DNA from: Nannocystis sp. RBIL2
GTDB lineage: Bacteria > Myxococcota_A > Polyangia > Nannocystales > Nannocystaceae
Direction: 5' to 3'
NCBI RefSeq assembly: GCF_026626745.1
Contig: NZ_JAPNJW010000001.1
Span: 652,311 to 716,310, forward strand
Length of the DNA: 64,000 nucleotides
Shown: one piece after another, positions 40,484-51,803 of the stretch
Layout: each line of letters begins with the position of its first letter
Position numbering within the stretch: position 1 is the first letter of the stretch
Made by a program: the position numbers and the translations under genes
The notes under the pieces: model-generated
Told to the model about the DNA's origin: nothing
Database searches by the model: none
The model's input: only the letters and a program-made list of their open reading frames with translations

Positions 40484-41101
40484 ATGAGGAAGAAGACCGT
40501 CCCCCTGCTGCCGAGCCCGGGCAGCGCCCTCGTCCGGTCCCCCGAGGACGCGCTCGCATATTACGAGCCCGGCCGTCCCGCCCCGCCCGCGCCCGGCGCC
40601 TCCGACTGCGAGTGGCGGCCCTGCGACGCCGAGCTCCCGGTGGTGATGGACGCCCTCGAGTCGCTGGCCGAGAGCCTCGAGCTGCACGACCACTCGTCGG
40701 CCGCCGGCCTGCACTGGCACCTCGACGCCAGCGACATCGGTATCTGGGTCGACGTCACCGCCGTGGCGACCGACAGCGGCACCTCCGTGGGCCTGCAGAT
40801 CCGCCCCGCCAACGGCTATTTCGCCGACAGCCCGTGGTGGCACAACGACTCCTACTTCTGGGGCGAGATCGTGTTCGGCGCGGCCATGCTGCTGGCCCTG
40901 TTCCTCGTCACCGGCGACCTGTGGGTGCTCGCCTTCATCGGCCTCATGACCAGCGCCTTCTTCGTCAGCGTCCTGCTGCTCCTGGTCGTGATCCCCGAGC
41001 ACCGGCGGGCCCTCGCCCAGCGGGCCTGGACCGACCGCTGGCGCCGCGACTTCTGGCCGGCCCTCGAGGCCCGCCTCCACCAGCGCGCGCTCTACCGCTG
41101 A
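40484..41101 (+). CDS. hypothetical membrane protein
   Basis: 205 aa, with C-terminal TM helices (IVFGAAMLLALFLV..., FVSVLLLLVVI). Confidence 0.5.
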   Translation: MRKKTVPLLPSPGSALVRSPEDALAYYEPGRPAPPAPGASDCEWRPCDAELPVVMDALESLAESLELHDHSSAAGLHWHLDASDIGIWVDVTAVATDSGTSVGLQIRPANGYFADSPWWHNDSYFWGEIVFGAAMLLALFLVTGDLWVLAFIGLMTSAFFVSVLLLLVVIPEHRRALAQRAWTDRWRRDFWPALEARLHQRALYR

Positions 41102-41102
41102 A

Positions 41103-41186
41103 AGGACATGTCCTCATGGACATGCCCCCGAGGGCATGCCCGTACGAACATGCCCATGAGGCCATGTCCCTCAGGACACCTCACAG
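41103..41186 (+). repeat. CATGYCC-family array, 6 units at exact 14-bp period, between convergent genes
   Basis: CAT at 41107/41121/41135/41149/41163 and CAC at 41177. Confidence 0.9.
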
Positions 41187-41864
41187 CACGCACCCGAGCT
41201 GCACCAGCTCGGGCGGCGCCGACAGCGTCACCAGGGCGTCGACCGCCAGCGGTCCGTCGGGCGTCTCGACCTCGACGTGCACCTGGGCCGCCAGCCCGTC
41301 GACCTCGGACAGCTTGGCCAGCTCGTCGGGCGGGAACACCGGCACCACTCCCGTCACCCCGCCGTCGAGCTCCTCGCAGCCGATGTAGTACGACTCGCCG
41401 TCGCGCTGGTAGAAGTGCCCGGTCGGCCCGATGTCGTAGCCCTCGACGTCGACCACCACCGACACGTGCGGGTAGTACCCGCCCGGGTCGAAGCCGCCGA
41501 GCGACGGGTACAGGCCGAACATCCACGCTCCCTGCCCGCCGCACTCGAGCGGCAGCACCGCGCCGTCGACCAGCGGCGCCCCGCCCATCACCGCCAGCTC
41601 GAAGAACGGCGCCGGCGCGTCGCGCTCGAACCCCTGGCAGTACACCACCGGCTCCGACGTCGTCGACGCCACCCCGGTCGACGTCGTCGGCGCCGGCTCG
41701 GTCGACGAATCGCCGCTCGTCGTCGAACTCGTCCCCGCGGTCGTCGCCGCAGTCTCGCCCGTGCCAGCCGTCGCCTCGGAGGTCGCCTCGCTCGCCCCCG
41801 GCGACGCCGGCCCGCCCGAACATCCCACCACCACCACGACCCCCAGGACCTGCAACCGGCGCAT
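41181..41864 (-). CDS. hypothetical lipoprotein
   Basis: MRRLQVLGVVVVVGCSG lipobox, a Thr/Ser-rich linker, then a diverse C-terminal domain. Confidence 0.55.
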   Translation of the reverse strand: MRRLQVLGVVVVVGCSGGPASPGASEATSEATAGTGETAATTAGTSSTTSGDSSTEPAPTTSTGVASTTSEPVVYCQGFERDAPAPFFELAVMGGAPLVDGAVLPLECGGQGAWMFGLYPSLGGFDPGGYYPHVSVVVDVEGYDIGPTGHFYQRDGESYYIGCEELDGGVTGVVPVFPPDELAKLSEVDGLAAQVHVEVETPDGPLAVDALVTLSAPPELVQLGCVL

Positions 41865-41969
41865 GCGTCCACCCTATCCGCCGCCCGGCCTCCCGACCAC
41901 CCGCGCGGACGCGAGCGCGACGAGAACTCGGGTTCGTCCGTCGTCCTCGCGCTATCCTGATCCCTCAGC

Positions 41970-43067
41970 GTGCGACGATCCTCCGCCACCGCCTGGCTCG
42001 CCGCGCTCTTCGCCTGCAGCGGCCCGCAAGTGCCCGAGCGGCCGCAGCCGCCCCCGATCTCGGAGTGCGCCGCGATCCTGGTCACGATCCCCTACGCCGC
42101 CACCGCGATGCCCCTGCAGCTCGACGGCGACGGCGCCGCCGAGCTCGACGAGTGGATCGCCCGCCTGCGCGCCGACCCGCAGGTGCGCGTCGAGCTCGGC
42201 GTCCACATGGCCGCGGCCGCGCGCGCCGGCGCCGATCCAGCGCAGGTCTCCGCGCAGATGCGGGCCCTCGGCGCCGACCTGCTCGCGCGCGTGCGCGCCG
42301 AGATCCGGCCTGCGGCGCGGATCGGCCTGGTCGTCCACGGCGTCCCGGGCGGTCCCGCCGACGATCTGTGGGCCGGCAGCTGGGTCCAGCTGCGGCGCGT
42401 CTGCCCGCCCTTCGCCCCTGACCGCGACGCCGACGGCCTCGCCGATGCCGTCGATCGCTGCCGCGACGTTCCCGAGGATCACGACCGCTTCGCCGACGAC
42501 GACGGCTGCCCCGATCGCGACAACGACGGCGACGGTGTCCTCGACGCCGCGCGCTGGACCGGCAGCGAGTGGGTCAACTGCGACGGCAAGCTCGAGCGCG
42601 GCATCCACCGCCGCGACTGTCGCGACCAGCCCGAGACGATCAACGGCGAGCAGGACGACGACGGCTGCCCCGAGGCCTTCGTCGCCGACTGCGGGCGCTT
42701 CGTCGTCCGCCTCGCCTACGACCCGGGCACCCGCGAGCTCGACCCCGAGGGCTTCCGCGAGCTCGACGCGCGGCGCAAGCAGCTCGGCGAGCGCCTCTCC
42801 ACCCGCGGCGTGTTCGTGCTCGAGGGCCACACCGCCGCCGGCATGCCGCCCGCCGAGGCGCGCCAGCTCGGCCTCGACATGGCCGACAAGGCGCGCGCCG
42901 CCCTGATCGATCGCGGCTTCGTCCACCACACCCTCGAGGTGAAGAGCCGCGGCGCCGACCAGCCGATCGCCGACAACGACAGCGAGGAGGGCCGGCGCGC
43001 CAACCATCGCGTCGAGATCGTCGCCGGCCTCGCCTGCCTCGAACCGTCGAGCCCGCTGTGCCCGTGA
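41970..43067 (+). CDS. OmpA-family lipoprotein with thrombospondin type 3 (TSP3) repeats
   Basis: LFACSG lipobox. Asp-rich calcium-binding TSP3 repeats (DRDADGLADAVDRC, DDDGCPDRDNDGDGV). OmpA C-terminal domain (NRRVEIV). Confidence 0.75.
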   Translation: MRRSSATAWLAALFACSGPQVPERPQPPPISECAAILVTIPYAATAMPLQLDGDGAAELDEWIARLRADPQVRVELGVHMAAAARAGADPAQVSAQMRALGADLLARVRAEIRPAARIGLVVHGVPGGPADDLWAGSWVQLRRVCPPFAPDRDADGLADAVDRCRDVPEDHDRFADDDGCPDRDNDGDGVLDAARWTGSEWVNCDGKLERGIHRRDCRDQPETINGEQDDDGCPEAFVADCGRFVVRLAYDPGTRELDPEGFRELDARRKQLGERLSTRGVFVLEGHTAAGMPPAEARQLGLDMADKARAALIDRGFVHHTLEVKSRGADQPIADNDSEEGRRANHRVEIVAGLACLEPSSPLCP

Positions 43068-43265
43068 GCCCGGGGGACTCGCCGGGTGCGGACAGCGAGG
43101 CCCTCGCTCGCCTCTCCTTCATCCACGAAGCGCCGTGCGCCACCGCCTCGTCAGCGAGGCCCCCAGCCCCCGCGCGTGCACGGCGCCGGGCGACGAATTG
43201 CCGGCGATCGGCTGGCGCCGCGCGGCCCGCCCGGCCAATATGGCCGCCACTCGGAGGAAGAACCC

Positions 43266-43967
43266 ATGCTCACCACTCGTTCGAGCCTCGCCCTCGCCGT
43301 GCTCCTCGCTGCTGCTTGCGGCGGCGAGGCGGCCACCAAGCCTGCCCCCGTCGAGGCCGCCAAGCCGGCCGCGCCCGCGCCCGCCGACAAGCCCGTCGAG
43401 GCCGCCCCGGCCAAGCCCGCCGAGGCGCCCGTCCTCGCCGACAGCGGCCTCGGGGTCGGCGGCAAGTTCAAGCCGTTCGAGATCGTCAACTGCGACAGCG
43501 GCGAGAAGTACTGCCAGGTCTGCAAGTTCGGCGGCAGCCCCAAGATCATGGCCGTCGGCACCCTCGAAGACGAGGCCTTCCGCAACGACATCAAGAACCT
43601 CGACGCCCTGGTCCAGAAGTACGGCGAGGACAAGATCAAGGCGTTCGCGGTCATCACCGACATCAAGGACGGCAAGGCCACCACGCCCACCGGTGACCGC
43701 GCGGCGCTCGAGGCCAAGGTCAAGGCCCTGCGCAGCGAGCTCGGCGTCACCATCCCGGTCGTCGTCCCGGCCGACGAGGGCGGCAAGAACGACGCCTTCG
43801 ACGGCTGGTACAACATCACCAAGAGCCGCACCGTCATGTTCGCCGACGGCCGCAACGCCGTGAAGTACTCCGGCGTCGCCCCGGCCGACCTCTCCGGCCT
43901 CAACACCGCCATCCAGGAGGTCCTCGGCGTCCCCGCCGACGCCGCCGAGCCCCCCAAGGCCGGCTGA
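43266..43967 (+). CDS. hypothetical lipoprotein
   Basis: SD GGAGGA 8 nt upstream. MLTTRSSLALAVLLAAACGG lipobox and an Ala/Pro/Lys-rich linker. Confidence 0.55.
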   Translation: MLTTRSSLALAVLLAAACGGEAATKPAPVEAAKPAAPAPADKPVEAAPAKPAEAPVLADSGLGVGGKFKPFEIVNCDSGEKYCQVCKFGGSPKIMAVGTLEDEAFRNDIKNLDALVQKYGEDKIKAFAVITDIKDGKATTPTGDRAALEAKVKALRSELGVTIPVVVPADEGGKNDAFDGWYNITKSRTVMFADGRNAVKYSGVAPADLSGLNTAIQEVLGVPADAAEPPKAG

Positions 43968-43988
43968 GCGCTCGCACGAGCTGCCCTG

Positions 43989-44029
43989 AAAGACATGTCG
44001 CCCGGGCCATGCCCTGGCGACATGTCTTT
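43989..44029 (+). repeat. perfect 14-bp inverted repeat AAAGACATGTCGCC...GGCGACATGTCTTT flanking GGGCCATGCCCT (3 units at 14-bp period)
   Basis: Seen in the sequence. Confidence 0.85.
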
Positions 44030-44140
44030 TTAAAGGGCCGCATCTCGGACCGCGCCCCGTCGGCCCATCTCCGCGAGATCCTCCGCCCCGATCGCAACGC
44101 CCGCCGTCGGCCGGTCGCCGCAAGATCGCGCTCGCTCTTG

Positions 44141-44224
44141 CGAGCATGCCCCTCACGCCATGCCCCTCGTGCCATGTCCCTCGCGCCATGTCCCCGAGGA
44201 CATGCCCCGATCGACATGCCCTTC
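44141..44224 (+). repeat. CATGYCC-family array, 6 units at exact 14-bp period, between convergent genes
   Basis: CAT at 44145/44159/44173/44187/44201/44215. Confidence 0.9.
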
Positions 44225-44233
44225 AGGCCAGCC

Positions 44234-45037
44234 TCAAGGCACCAGGTACGGCAGCCCCGGCGGCGGCGCGTACCCGGGCAGCTCGCCGAGCGTGAGCACG
44301 GCGCGGAGCACCTGCGTCGCGGCGAACATCGCCGCTGGCACCAGCGCGACCACGAACCCGCGGATCGCCGGGATCTGGTGCGTCCCCGTGAGCGCGTTGC
44401 CGGCGACCACGAACGTCAGCAGGGTCAGCGCCCCCAGCCCGCCGAGGTAGACCGGCAGCGTCAGCTGCCCCAGGTACAGCGGCAAGTCGAGCAGCGCCAC
44501 CCCCAGCAGCGCGGGCGCCAGGGCGTAGCCGACGGCCCGCAGGGTCGCGGCGATCGAGCGCGGCGCTCCGCCGGTCAGCGCCAGGGCCACGTGGGTGGCG
44601 ATCCCCAGGCTCGCGTACAGGAGCGGCACCCCGACCGGCGCCATCAACAGCAGCCACAGCGACAGCGCCTCGACCAGGTGCGCGTCGAACAGCGGGATCC
44701 CCTCGTAGATCGCGGCTGTCGGGCCTGCAATCCCCAGCGTCACCAGCAGCGCCGCCCACAGCGGCAATCTCACCGTCAGCAGCAGCCGCAGCGCCGCTCC
44801 GTGGTCGACTGGTTCATGGACGTGTTGAAAGCTCCGCCGCGGCCGCAGCAGCAGCGCCGCCAGCGAGCGACGCACCCGCCAGCCCCAGCCCGGCAGCGCC
44901 GCGGCCGACCCGCCTTCGGCCTCGCGCGGCCACTCTACCGGCAGCGCGCTCCAGAGCACGCCCGAGTCGGCCAGCAGCTCGCGACCCTTCGCTTCCTGGC
45001 GGACGCGCGCCGCGCTCGCTGTTCCAGGCTCAGCCAT
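44234..45037 (-). CDS. putative Yip1-domain membrane protein
   Basis: Trimmed to MAEPGTASAARV at 45037, with five predicted TM helices in the C-terminal part. Confidence 0.45.
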   Translation of the reverse strand: MAEPGTASAARVRQEAKGRELLADSGVLWSALPVEWPREAEGGSAAALPGWGWRVRRSLAALLLRPRRSFQHVHEPVDHGAALRLLLTVRLPLWAALLVTLGIAGPTAAIYEGIPLFDAHLVEALSLWLLLMAPVGVPLLYASLGIATHVALALTGGAPRSIAATLRAVGYALAPALLGVALLDLPLYLGQLTLPVYLGGLGALTLLTFVVAGNALTGTHQIPAIRGFVVALVPAAMFAATQVLRAVLTLGELPGYAPPPGLPYLVP

Positions 45038-45125
45038 CGGCCGCGGAGTGTAGCCGACTCGGGCCGTCCTCGAACTGGCCTCGGGCACTTCCCGCGGGGC
45101 CGGGCTCGCGCGTAAGCTGACGGAC

Positions 45126-45788
45126 ATGTACCGCCCCCTCCTCGCCGCCGTGCTCGTGGTCGCTGCCGTCGGGTGTCGCAAGCGCGAGGTCGTCGCCGAC
45201 ATGGACTACGACGACCCCAAGGCGGCGATCGCCACCATGGAGAGCGAGGGGCGCGAGTCGTGGGAGATGCCCGACCGGATCGTCCGCGCCCTCCCGATCC
45301 CCGACAAGGGCGCAGTGATCGCCGACATCGGCGCCGGCTCCGGCTACTTCTCGCGCCGGCTGGCCCAGCAGGTCCCGACCGGCACCGTCTACGCCGTCGA
45401 CATCGACGACGAGTTCCGGTCCCACATCGAGTCGCAGCGCGAGAGCTGGGGCACCCCCAACATCCAGCCGCACCTCGCTTTCTACGACGACCCGGCGCTG
45501 CCCGAGAAGGCCATCGACCTGGTGTTCGTCGCCAACACCTACGCCTATCTGCGCGACCGCGTGCGCTACTTCAAGAAAGTCCACCAGGCGCTCAAGCCCG
45601 GCGGTCGCCTCGCTATCGTCGACTTCCGGCCCGACGCTCAGCCGCCGGAGAAGTTCGCACCTGACCCGAAGTACAGGCTCTCGCGCGACGCCATCGTCGC
45701 CGAGCTCGCCCAGGCCGGCTTCGCCCTCGAGCGCGAGGAGGACTTCCTCCCGCACCAGTACTTCCTCATCTTCGCCATGAACCCTTGA
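45126..45788 (+). CDS. class I SAM-dependent methyltransferase, lipoprotein-type signal
   Basis: Motif I is present (VIADIGAGSGYFSRRLA). The start codon sits inside a repeat unit (GGACATGTACC). Confidence 0.65.
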   Translation: MYRPLLAAVLVVAAVGCRKREVVADMDYDDPKAAIATMESEGRESWEMPDRIVRALPIPDKGAVIADIGAGSGYFSRRLAQQVPTGTVYAVDIDDEFRSHIESQRESWGTPNIQPHLAFYDDPALPEKAIDLVFVANTYAYLRDRVRYFKKVHQALKPGGRLAIVDFRPDAQPPEKFAPDPKYRLSRDAIVAELAQAGFALEREEDFLPHQYFLIFAMNP

Positions 45789-45790
45789 CC

Positions 45791-46603
45791 ATGCCCGCGC
45801 AGCGTCCGCCCCGTTTCCCTGGCCTCGTCGACACCCACTGCCACCTCGACTACCCGCCGATGATCGACGACCTCGCCGCCACCTTGCAGCGGGCCGCCGA
45901 CGCCGGCGTCGTGCAGATGATCCACGTCGGCTGCTCGCGTGCCAGCGCCCCGCGGGCCGTCGCCCTGGTCGCCCCGCACGCCCACCTGTTCGCCGCCGTC
46001 GGCATCCACCCGCACGACGCCAAAGAGGCCGACGAGGCCGCCCTGGCCGAGATCGCCGCCCTCGCCCGCGACGCCAAGGTCGTCGCCGTCGGCGAGACCG
46101 GCCTCGACTACCACTACAACAACAGCACCCCCGAAGCGCAGAAACGCGCGCTGGCCGCCCACCGTGAGATCGCCCGCGACCTCGACAAGCCGCTGGTCCT
46201 GCACATCCGCGACGCCCACGCCGACGCCCTCGCCATCCTCGACGACGCCCCGGCCCTCCCCCGCGGCGGCGTCGTCCACTGCTTCACCGGCACCCCCGCC
46301 GAGGCCGAGCAGTGGCTTCAGCGCGGCTACCTCCTGTCCTTCTCCGGCATCGCCACCTTCCCCCAGGCCGAGGGCCTGCGCGACGCGGCCCGCCTGTGCC
46401 CCGCCGATCGCCTGCTGCTCGAGACCGACGCCCCCTACCTCGCCCCGGTGCCCGTGCGCGGCCGCAAGAACGAGCCGGCCAACGTCGCCTTCACCTGCGC
46501 GCACCTCGCCGGCGTCCGGCGCGAAGATCCGGCCGCTCTGGCCGTGCAGGCCGGGGCCAACGCCCGCGCCTTCTTCCGCCTGCCCGCCCCCGCCAGCGCG
46601 TGA
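45791..46603 (+). CDS. tatD: TatD-family metal-dependent hydrolase/DNase
   Basis: TatD motifs are present (VDTHCHLD, AVGETGLDYHY, LETDAPYL). ATG 45791; an alternative TTG lies at 45785. Confidence 0.8.
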   Translation: MPAQRPPRFPGLVDTHCHLDYPPMIDDLAATLQRAADAGVVQMIHVGCSRASAPRAVALVAPHAHLFAAVGIHPHDAKEADEAALAEIAALARDAKVVAVGETGLDYHYNNSTPEAQKRALAAHREIARDLDKPLVLHIRDAHADALAILDDAPALPRGGVVHCFTGTPAEAEQWLQRGYLLSFSGIATFPQAEGLRDAARLCPADRLLLETDAPYLAPVPVRGRKNEPANVAFTCAHLAGVRREDPAALAVQAGANARAFFRLPAPASA

Positions 46604-46746
46604 GGCAAATCCGCCGCCGCCCCCTCCCCGGCGCGTACGCAGGTTGACGCCCGGCGCGATCGCGGGCACCTTCCCCGTCCCTGCGGCGCCTCGCTCTTCG
46701 CTGATTCCAACGTGAAGGAAGCCGCGCTGCAGACCTCCGGAGCCAC

Positions 46747-47418
46747 ATGAATTTCCAGATCGGTCTCATCGCCAAAAAGCTTGGAATGACGCAGGTGTTC
46801 AAGGACGAGGGCGACCGCGTCCCCGTCACCGTCCTGCACGTCACCGGCAACACCGTCACCGCTCACCGTACCGACGAGCGCGACACGTACACCGCCCTGC
46901 AGGTCGGCTTCGCCGAGAAGAAGGCCAACCGCGCCAGCAAGCCCGAGAAGGGCGCCGCCGAGGCCGCCAAGGTCGGCACCTTCTACGTCCACAAGGAGTT
47001 CCGCGTCCCCGCCGCGGCGCTCGCCGCCCACCCGGTCGGCAGCCAGCTCGGCGCCGACCTGTTCAAGGAGGGCACCCGCGTCGACATCACCGGCACCTCC
47101 AAGGGCAAGGGCTACCAGGGCGTCATCAAGCGCCACAACATGGAGGGCGAGAAGAACAGCCACGGCCAGCACGAGTTCTTCCGCCACGGCGGTTCGATCG
47201 GCTGCCGCAAGACCCCCGGCCGCGTCCACCGCGGCAAGCGCATGACCGGCCACATGGGCCACGAGCGCGTCACCCTGCAGAACCTCGAGGTCGTCAAGAT
47301 CGACGCCGAGCGCGGCCTGGTCCTGGTGCGCGGCCCGATCCCCGGCCCCAACAACGGCTTCGTGACCATCCGCGCCGCCGTCAAGCCCGCCATCAAGGCC
47401 GGCAACAACAAGGGCTGA
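46747..47418 (+). CDS. rplC: 50S ribosomal protein L3 (divergent, stand-alone copy)
   Basis: MNFQIGLIAKKLGMTQVF... matches L3. A GGAG lies 7 nt upstream. It is not flanked by rpsJ or rplD. Confidence 0.8.
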   Translation: MNFQIGLIAKKLGMTQVFKDEGDRVPVTVLHVTGNTVTAHRTDERDTYTALQVGFAEKKANRASKPEKGAAEAAKVGTFYVHKEFRVPAAALAAHPVGSQLGADLFKEGTRVDITGTSKGKGYQGVIKRHNMEGEKNSHGQHEFFRHGGSIGCRKTPGRVHRGKRMTGHMGHERVTLQNLEVVKIDAERGLVLVRGPIPGPNNGFVTIRAAVKPAIKAGNNKG

Positions 47419-47434
47419 AACCCCGGTTCCGAAG

Positions 47435-47460
47435 GCCCTGTCCTTCGGGACAGGCTCTTG
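47435..47460 (+). terminator. stem-loop downstream of rplC (CCCTGTCC-TTCG-GGACAGG), weak T tail
   Basis: Inverted repeat seen directly in the sequence, though without a strong U-tract. The stem is itself a CTGTCC/GGACAG repeat-family unit. Confidence 0.35.
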
Positions 47461-47515
47461 GAGCCACATCCTTCGAGCCGGCCACGCGCCGGCTCGGCTG
47501 CTTAAGCCCCACGTC

Positions 47516-48136
47516 ATGACCCGCCACCGCCTCAGCGACAAGGCCCACCGCAACGACGCCGCCTACCTGCGCGCCAAGCAAGAGAACTACGCCGCGCGCG
47601 CGGTCTACAAGCTCGAGGAGATCGACAAGCGGTTCCACATCCTGCGCCAGGGCGCGCGGGTGCTCGACCTCGGCTGCTGGCCCGGCTCGTGGATCCAGTA
47701 CGCCGGCGACCGCGTGACCGAGACCGGCTACGTCCTCGGCATCGACCTCAAGCCGGTCGTCCTCAGCTTCCCCGCGCACGTCGAGCACCGCGTCGCCGAC
47801 GTGTTCGAGTGGACCCCCGCCCCCGAGCTGCAGCCGTTCGACGTCGTCCTCAGCGACATGGCCCCGCACACCACCGGGGACCGCCACACCGACGTCGTCC
47901 GCAGCGAGGGCCTGGCCGAGCGCGCCCTCGACATCGCCTGCATGGTTTTGCGCCCCGGCGGCCACTGCGTCGCCAAGGTGTTCCAGGGCGGCGGCTTCGG
48001 CGAGCTGCTCAAGCGCTTCCGCGCCACCTTCCAGGAGGCGCGCCCCTACCACGCCAAGAACTCGCGCACCACCAGCACCGAGCAGTACCTGGTCGGCCGC
48101 GGCCTCAAGGCCAACGCCACCGTCCGCCGGCCCTGA
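47516..48136 (+). CDS. rlmE: 23S rRNA (uridine2552-2'-O)-methyltransferase RlmE/FtsJ
   Basis: FtsJ motifs are present (VLDLGCWPGSWIQY, VVLSDMAP). Confidence 0.85.
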   Translation: MTRHRLSDKAHRNDAAYLRAKQENYAARAVYKLEEIDKRFHILRQGARVLDLGCWPGSWIQYAGDRVTETGYVLGIDLKPVVLSFPAHVEHRVADVFEWTPAPELQPFDVVLSDMAPHTTGDRHTDVVRSEGLAERALDIACMVLRPGGHCVAKVFQGGGFGELLKRFRATFQEARPYHAKNSRTTSTEQYLVGRGLKANATVRRP

Positions 48137-48146
48137 CAGGGCGTGG

Positions 48147-48220
48147 GGGACATGTCTTCCGCGACATGTCCCAAAGCACCTTGCCGCCGGGACATGTCCT
48201 CCACGACATGCCCGAGCGCC
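48147..48220 (+). repeat. CATGYCC-family array, 5 units at 14-bp period, between rlmE and the pseudogene
   Basis: CAT at 48151/48165/(CAC 48179)/48193/48207. Confidence 0.85.
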
Positions 48221-48226
48221 CGCCCG

Positions 48227-48763
48227 TCACAGCCCGGTCGGCAGCGGCCACGACTGCAGCGCCCCGACGTTCAGGTACTTCACCGGCGTGAACCACAGCG
48301 CCCCGCTCGGGCTGACCGCCACCCGACCCTTCGCCGGCATGGTCTCGAACGACCAGGCCGCGCCGGTGAACGGGTGGACCCGCACCACCTCGAGCGTCGA
48401 CAGGCTCGCGTACACGTGGCCGTCGCGTCCTGGCTGAGGCCCGTGACGTCCGCCATCAAGTCGACCACGAACTCGGCCTCGTGGGTGACCACGTTGAAGC
48501 GGTACAGCTCGCCCCCGAGCAGCGCCACCAGGTTGTGCACCGGGCTGACCGGCGCGCTCGCGCTGACCCGGGCGTCGAAGGTGTAGAGCGAGTCGACCGT
48601 CCCGGCTCCGAGGTCGGCGCTGCTGTAGTCGCCGTCGCCGACGGCGTTGCCGGGCTGCTCGCCGAACCAGTCGCCCCGGTATCCCCCGCCCGTCGTCGCC
48701 GCAGCCCGGCACCGCCCAGGCCGCCGCCACCACCACCCCTGTCCGAACCCTGTTCATCGCCAT
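48227..48763 (-). pseudogene. frameshifted lipoprotein gene
   Basis: Three minus-strand frames each carry a coding-like segment. These are a signal/lipobox (MAMNRVRTGVVVAAAWAVPGCG), then GGGYRGDWFGEQPGNAVGDGDYSSADLG...NLVALLGGELYRFNVVTHEAEFVVDLMADVTG, then VYASLSTLEVVRVHPFTGAAWSFETMPAKGRVAVSPSGALWFTPVKY. They are separated by Arg/Gly-rich junk, which implies at least two frameshifts. Confidence 0.4.
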
Positions 48764-49094
48764 CGAGCGCTGCTAGCGGGCCCGACGCTCGCGCCGCCCA
48801 TCGCTTTCGTCAGCTCGCCCGCTGAGCCGCGGCGGCCCGCGCTTCCATTCGCGTAACCCTGCGCCCCTGACCCGGCGGCCGCGGCGCCCTACGAGGCGAT
48901 CTCCCTGTCCCGAAGACCAGCTCGGCGCGCTGCCGCGCCCCGCCGGTCGCGCCGTTGCACGCGCGTCTCCGCCCCGGCCCCGAAACGGCCCACGGGCCGC
49001 TACAGGGGCTTATCTGCTCGTCCGCGCAGTTTTGCGCCGCGCGATTTAGTTTGTCTCCCTCTGATCAAGAGTTCAGGGCAGCCTCGGTGATCGC

Positions 49095-49122
49095 TGGACA
49101 CTGATTGGGTGTTCAGTACAAA
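49095..49122 (+). promoter_or_regulatory. sigma70-like promoter candidate TGGACA-N16-TACAAA
   Basis: Seen in the sequence in a locally lower-GC stretch. An ATG lies at 49132, about at the predicted +1 (a leaderless small ORF 49132..49449, Pro/Arg-rich and of doubtful reality); otherwise this is a long leader for typA. Confidence 0.3.
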
Positions 49123-49551
49123 TCCGATCCCATGCAACGCCGTCGCCGACTGCGGATCACCCCCACGCCGGTCCGTGAACTACCGTCTCCGGACGACCCT
49201 GGGCTGCCGGACGTGGCGCCGCGGCCCGAGCCCGAGCCGGAGCGCGCGCCGCCCGAGCCGAGCGGGCCGGATCTGCCCGCCCCGGTGCCTCCGCGCGATC
49301 CCCGCGACTGCCTGGGCGCGACCGGGGCCGAGCCGCACCTATGGGCGGTCATGCGGGCCCAGATCGACGCCGATCGCCGGAGGACGGCCGCTTTTGCGGC
49401 TGCGCGGCGACCGAACCGACCCCTGTTCGCCCCCGATTCACTCCTGTGACCGTCCTGTCGCCCGAAAATAAGCCCGCGCCGCTCACATCGGCGCGACTTG
49501 CCAGCGCAGCGCCGCCGGGTTTACTTCCCGCCGCCGCCCAAAACGGCGTCT

Positions 49552-51417
<1,866 letters not shown>

Positions 51418-51443
51418 GCCGACGTCGAGCCTCGCCTGCGACG

Positions 51444-51488
51444 AAGCGCGGCCCCTTTGAAAAAGGGGGTCGCGCTTTTTCTTTGCGA
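51444..51488 (+). terminator. rho-independent terminator after typA
   Basis: GCGCGGCCCCTTTG-AAAA-AGGGGGTCGCGC stem-loop followed by TTTTTCTTT. Confidence 0.6.
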
Positions 51489-51503
51489 TGCGTGCGACGC
51501 CGA

Positions 51504-51596
51504 CCCCATCGCAGCGAAGCACCGCGCCTCTCCGGAAGTCGCCGCGGGTTCTTCGTGCAGCGAGCGACGGCGTCATCGCAGCGAAGCACCACGCCT
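51504..51596 (+). repeat. two 24-bp direct repeats CATCGCAGCGAAGCACCRCGCCTC (51504..51527, 51573..51596) downstream of typA
   Basis: Seen in the sequence. A third partial copy (CATCGCAGATG) overlaps the start of the next gene at 51797. Confidence 0.6.
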
Positions 51597-51803
51597 CACC
51601 AGCGCTCCTCGACAGCCCGGCCGCGCGGGCCGGAGCGCCGCCTTCCGATGCTCCTCGCGCCATGTCGGCCGACCTTGCCGCCCCGGAAGCGCGTCCGATT
51701 CGTCGGCCCCGCGAGCGCCCGGATTCGCCGCGTCCGGCCCCCTCCCGCGACCCGCGGCCTCGTCCGTGCGCCTCCGTCCCGGCCGTTGTATCGTCCATCG
51801 CAG

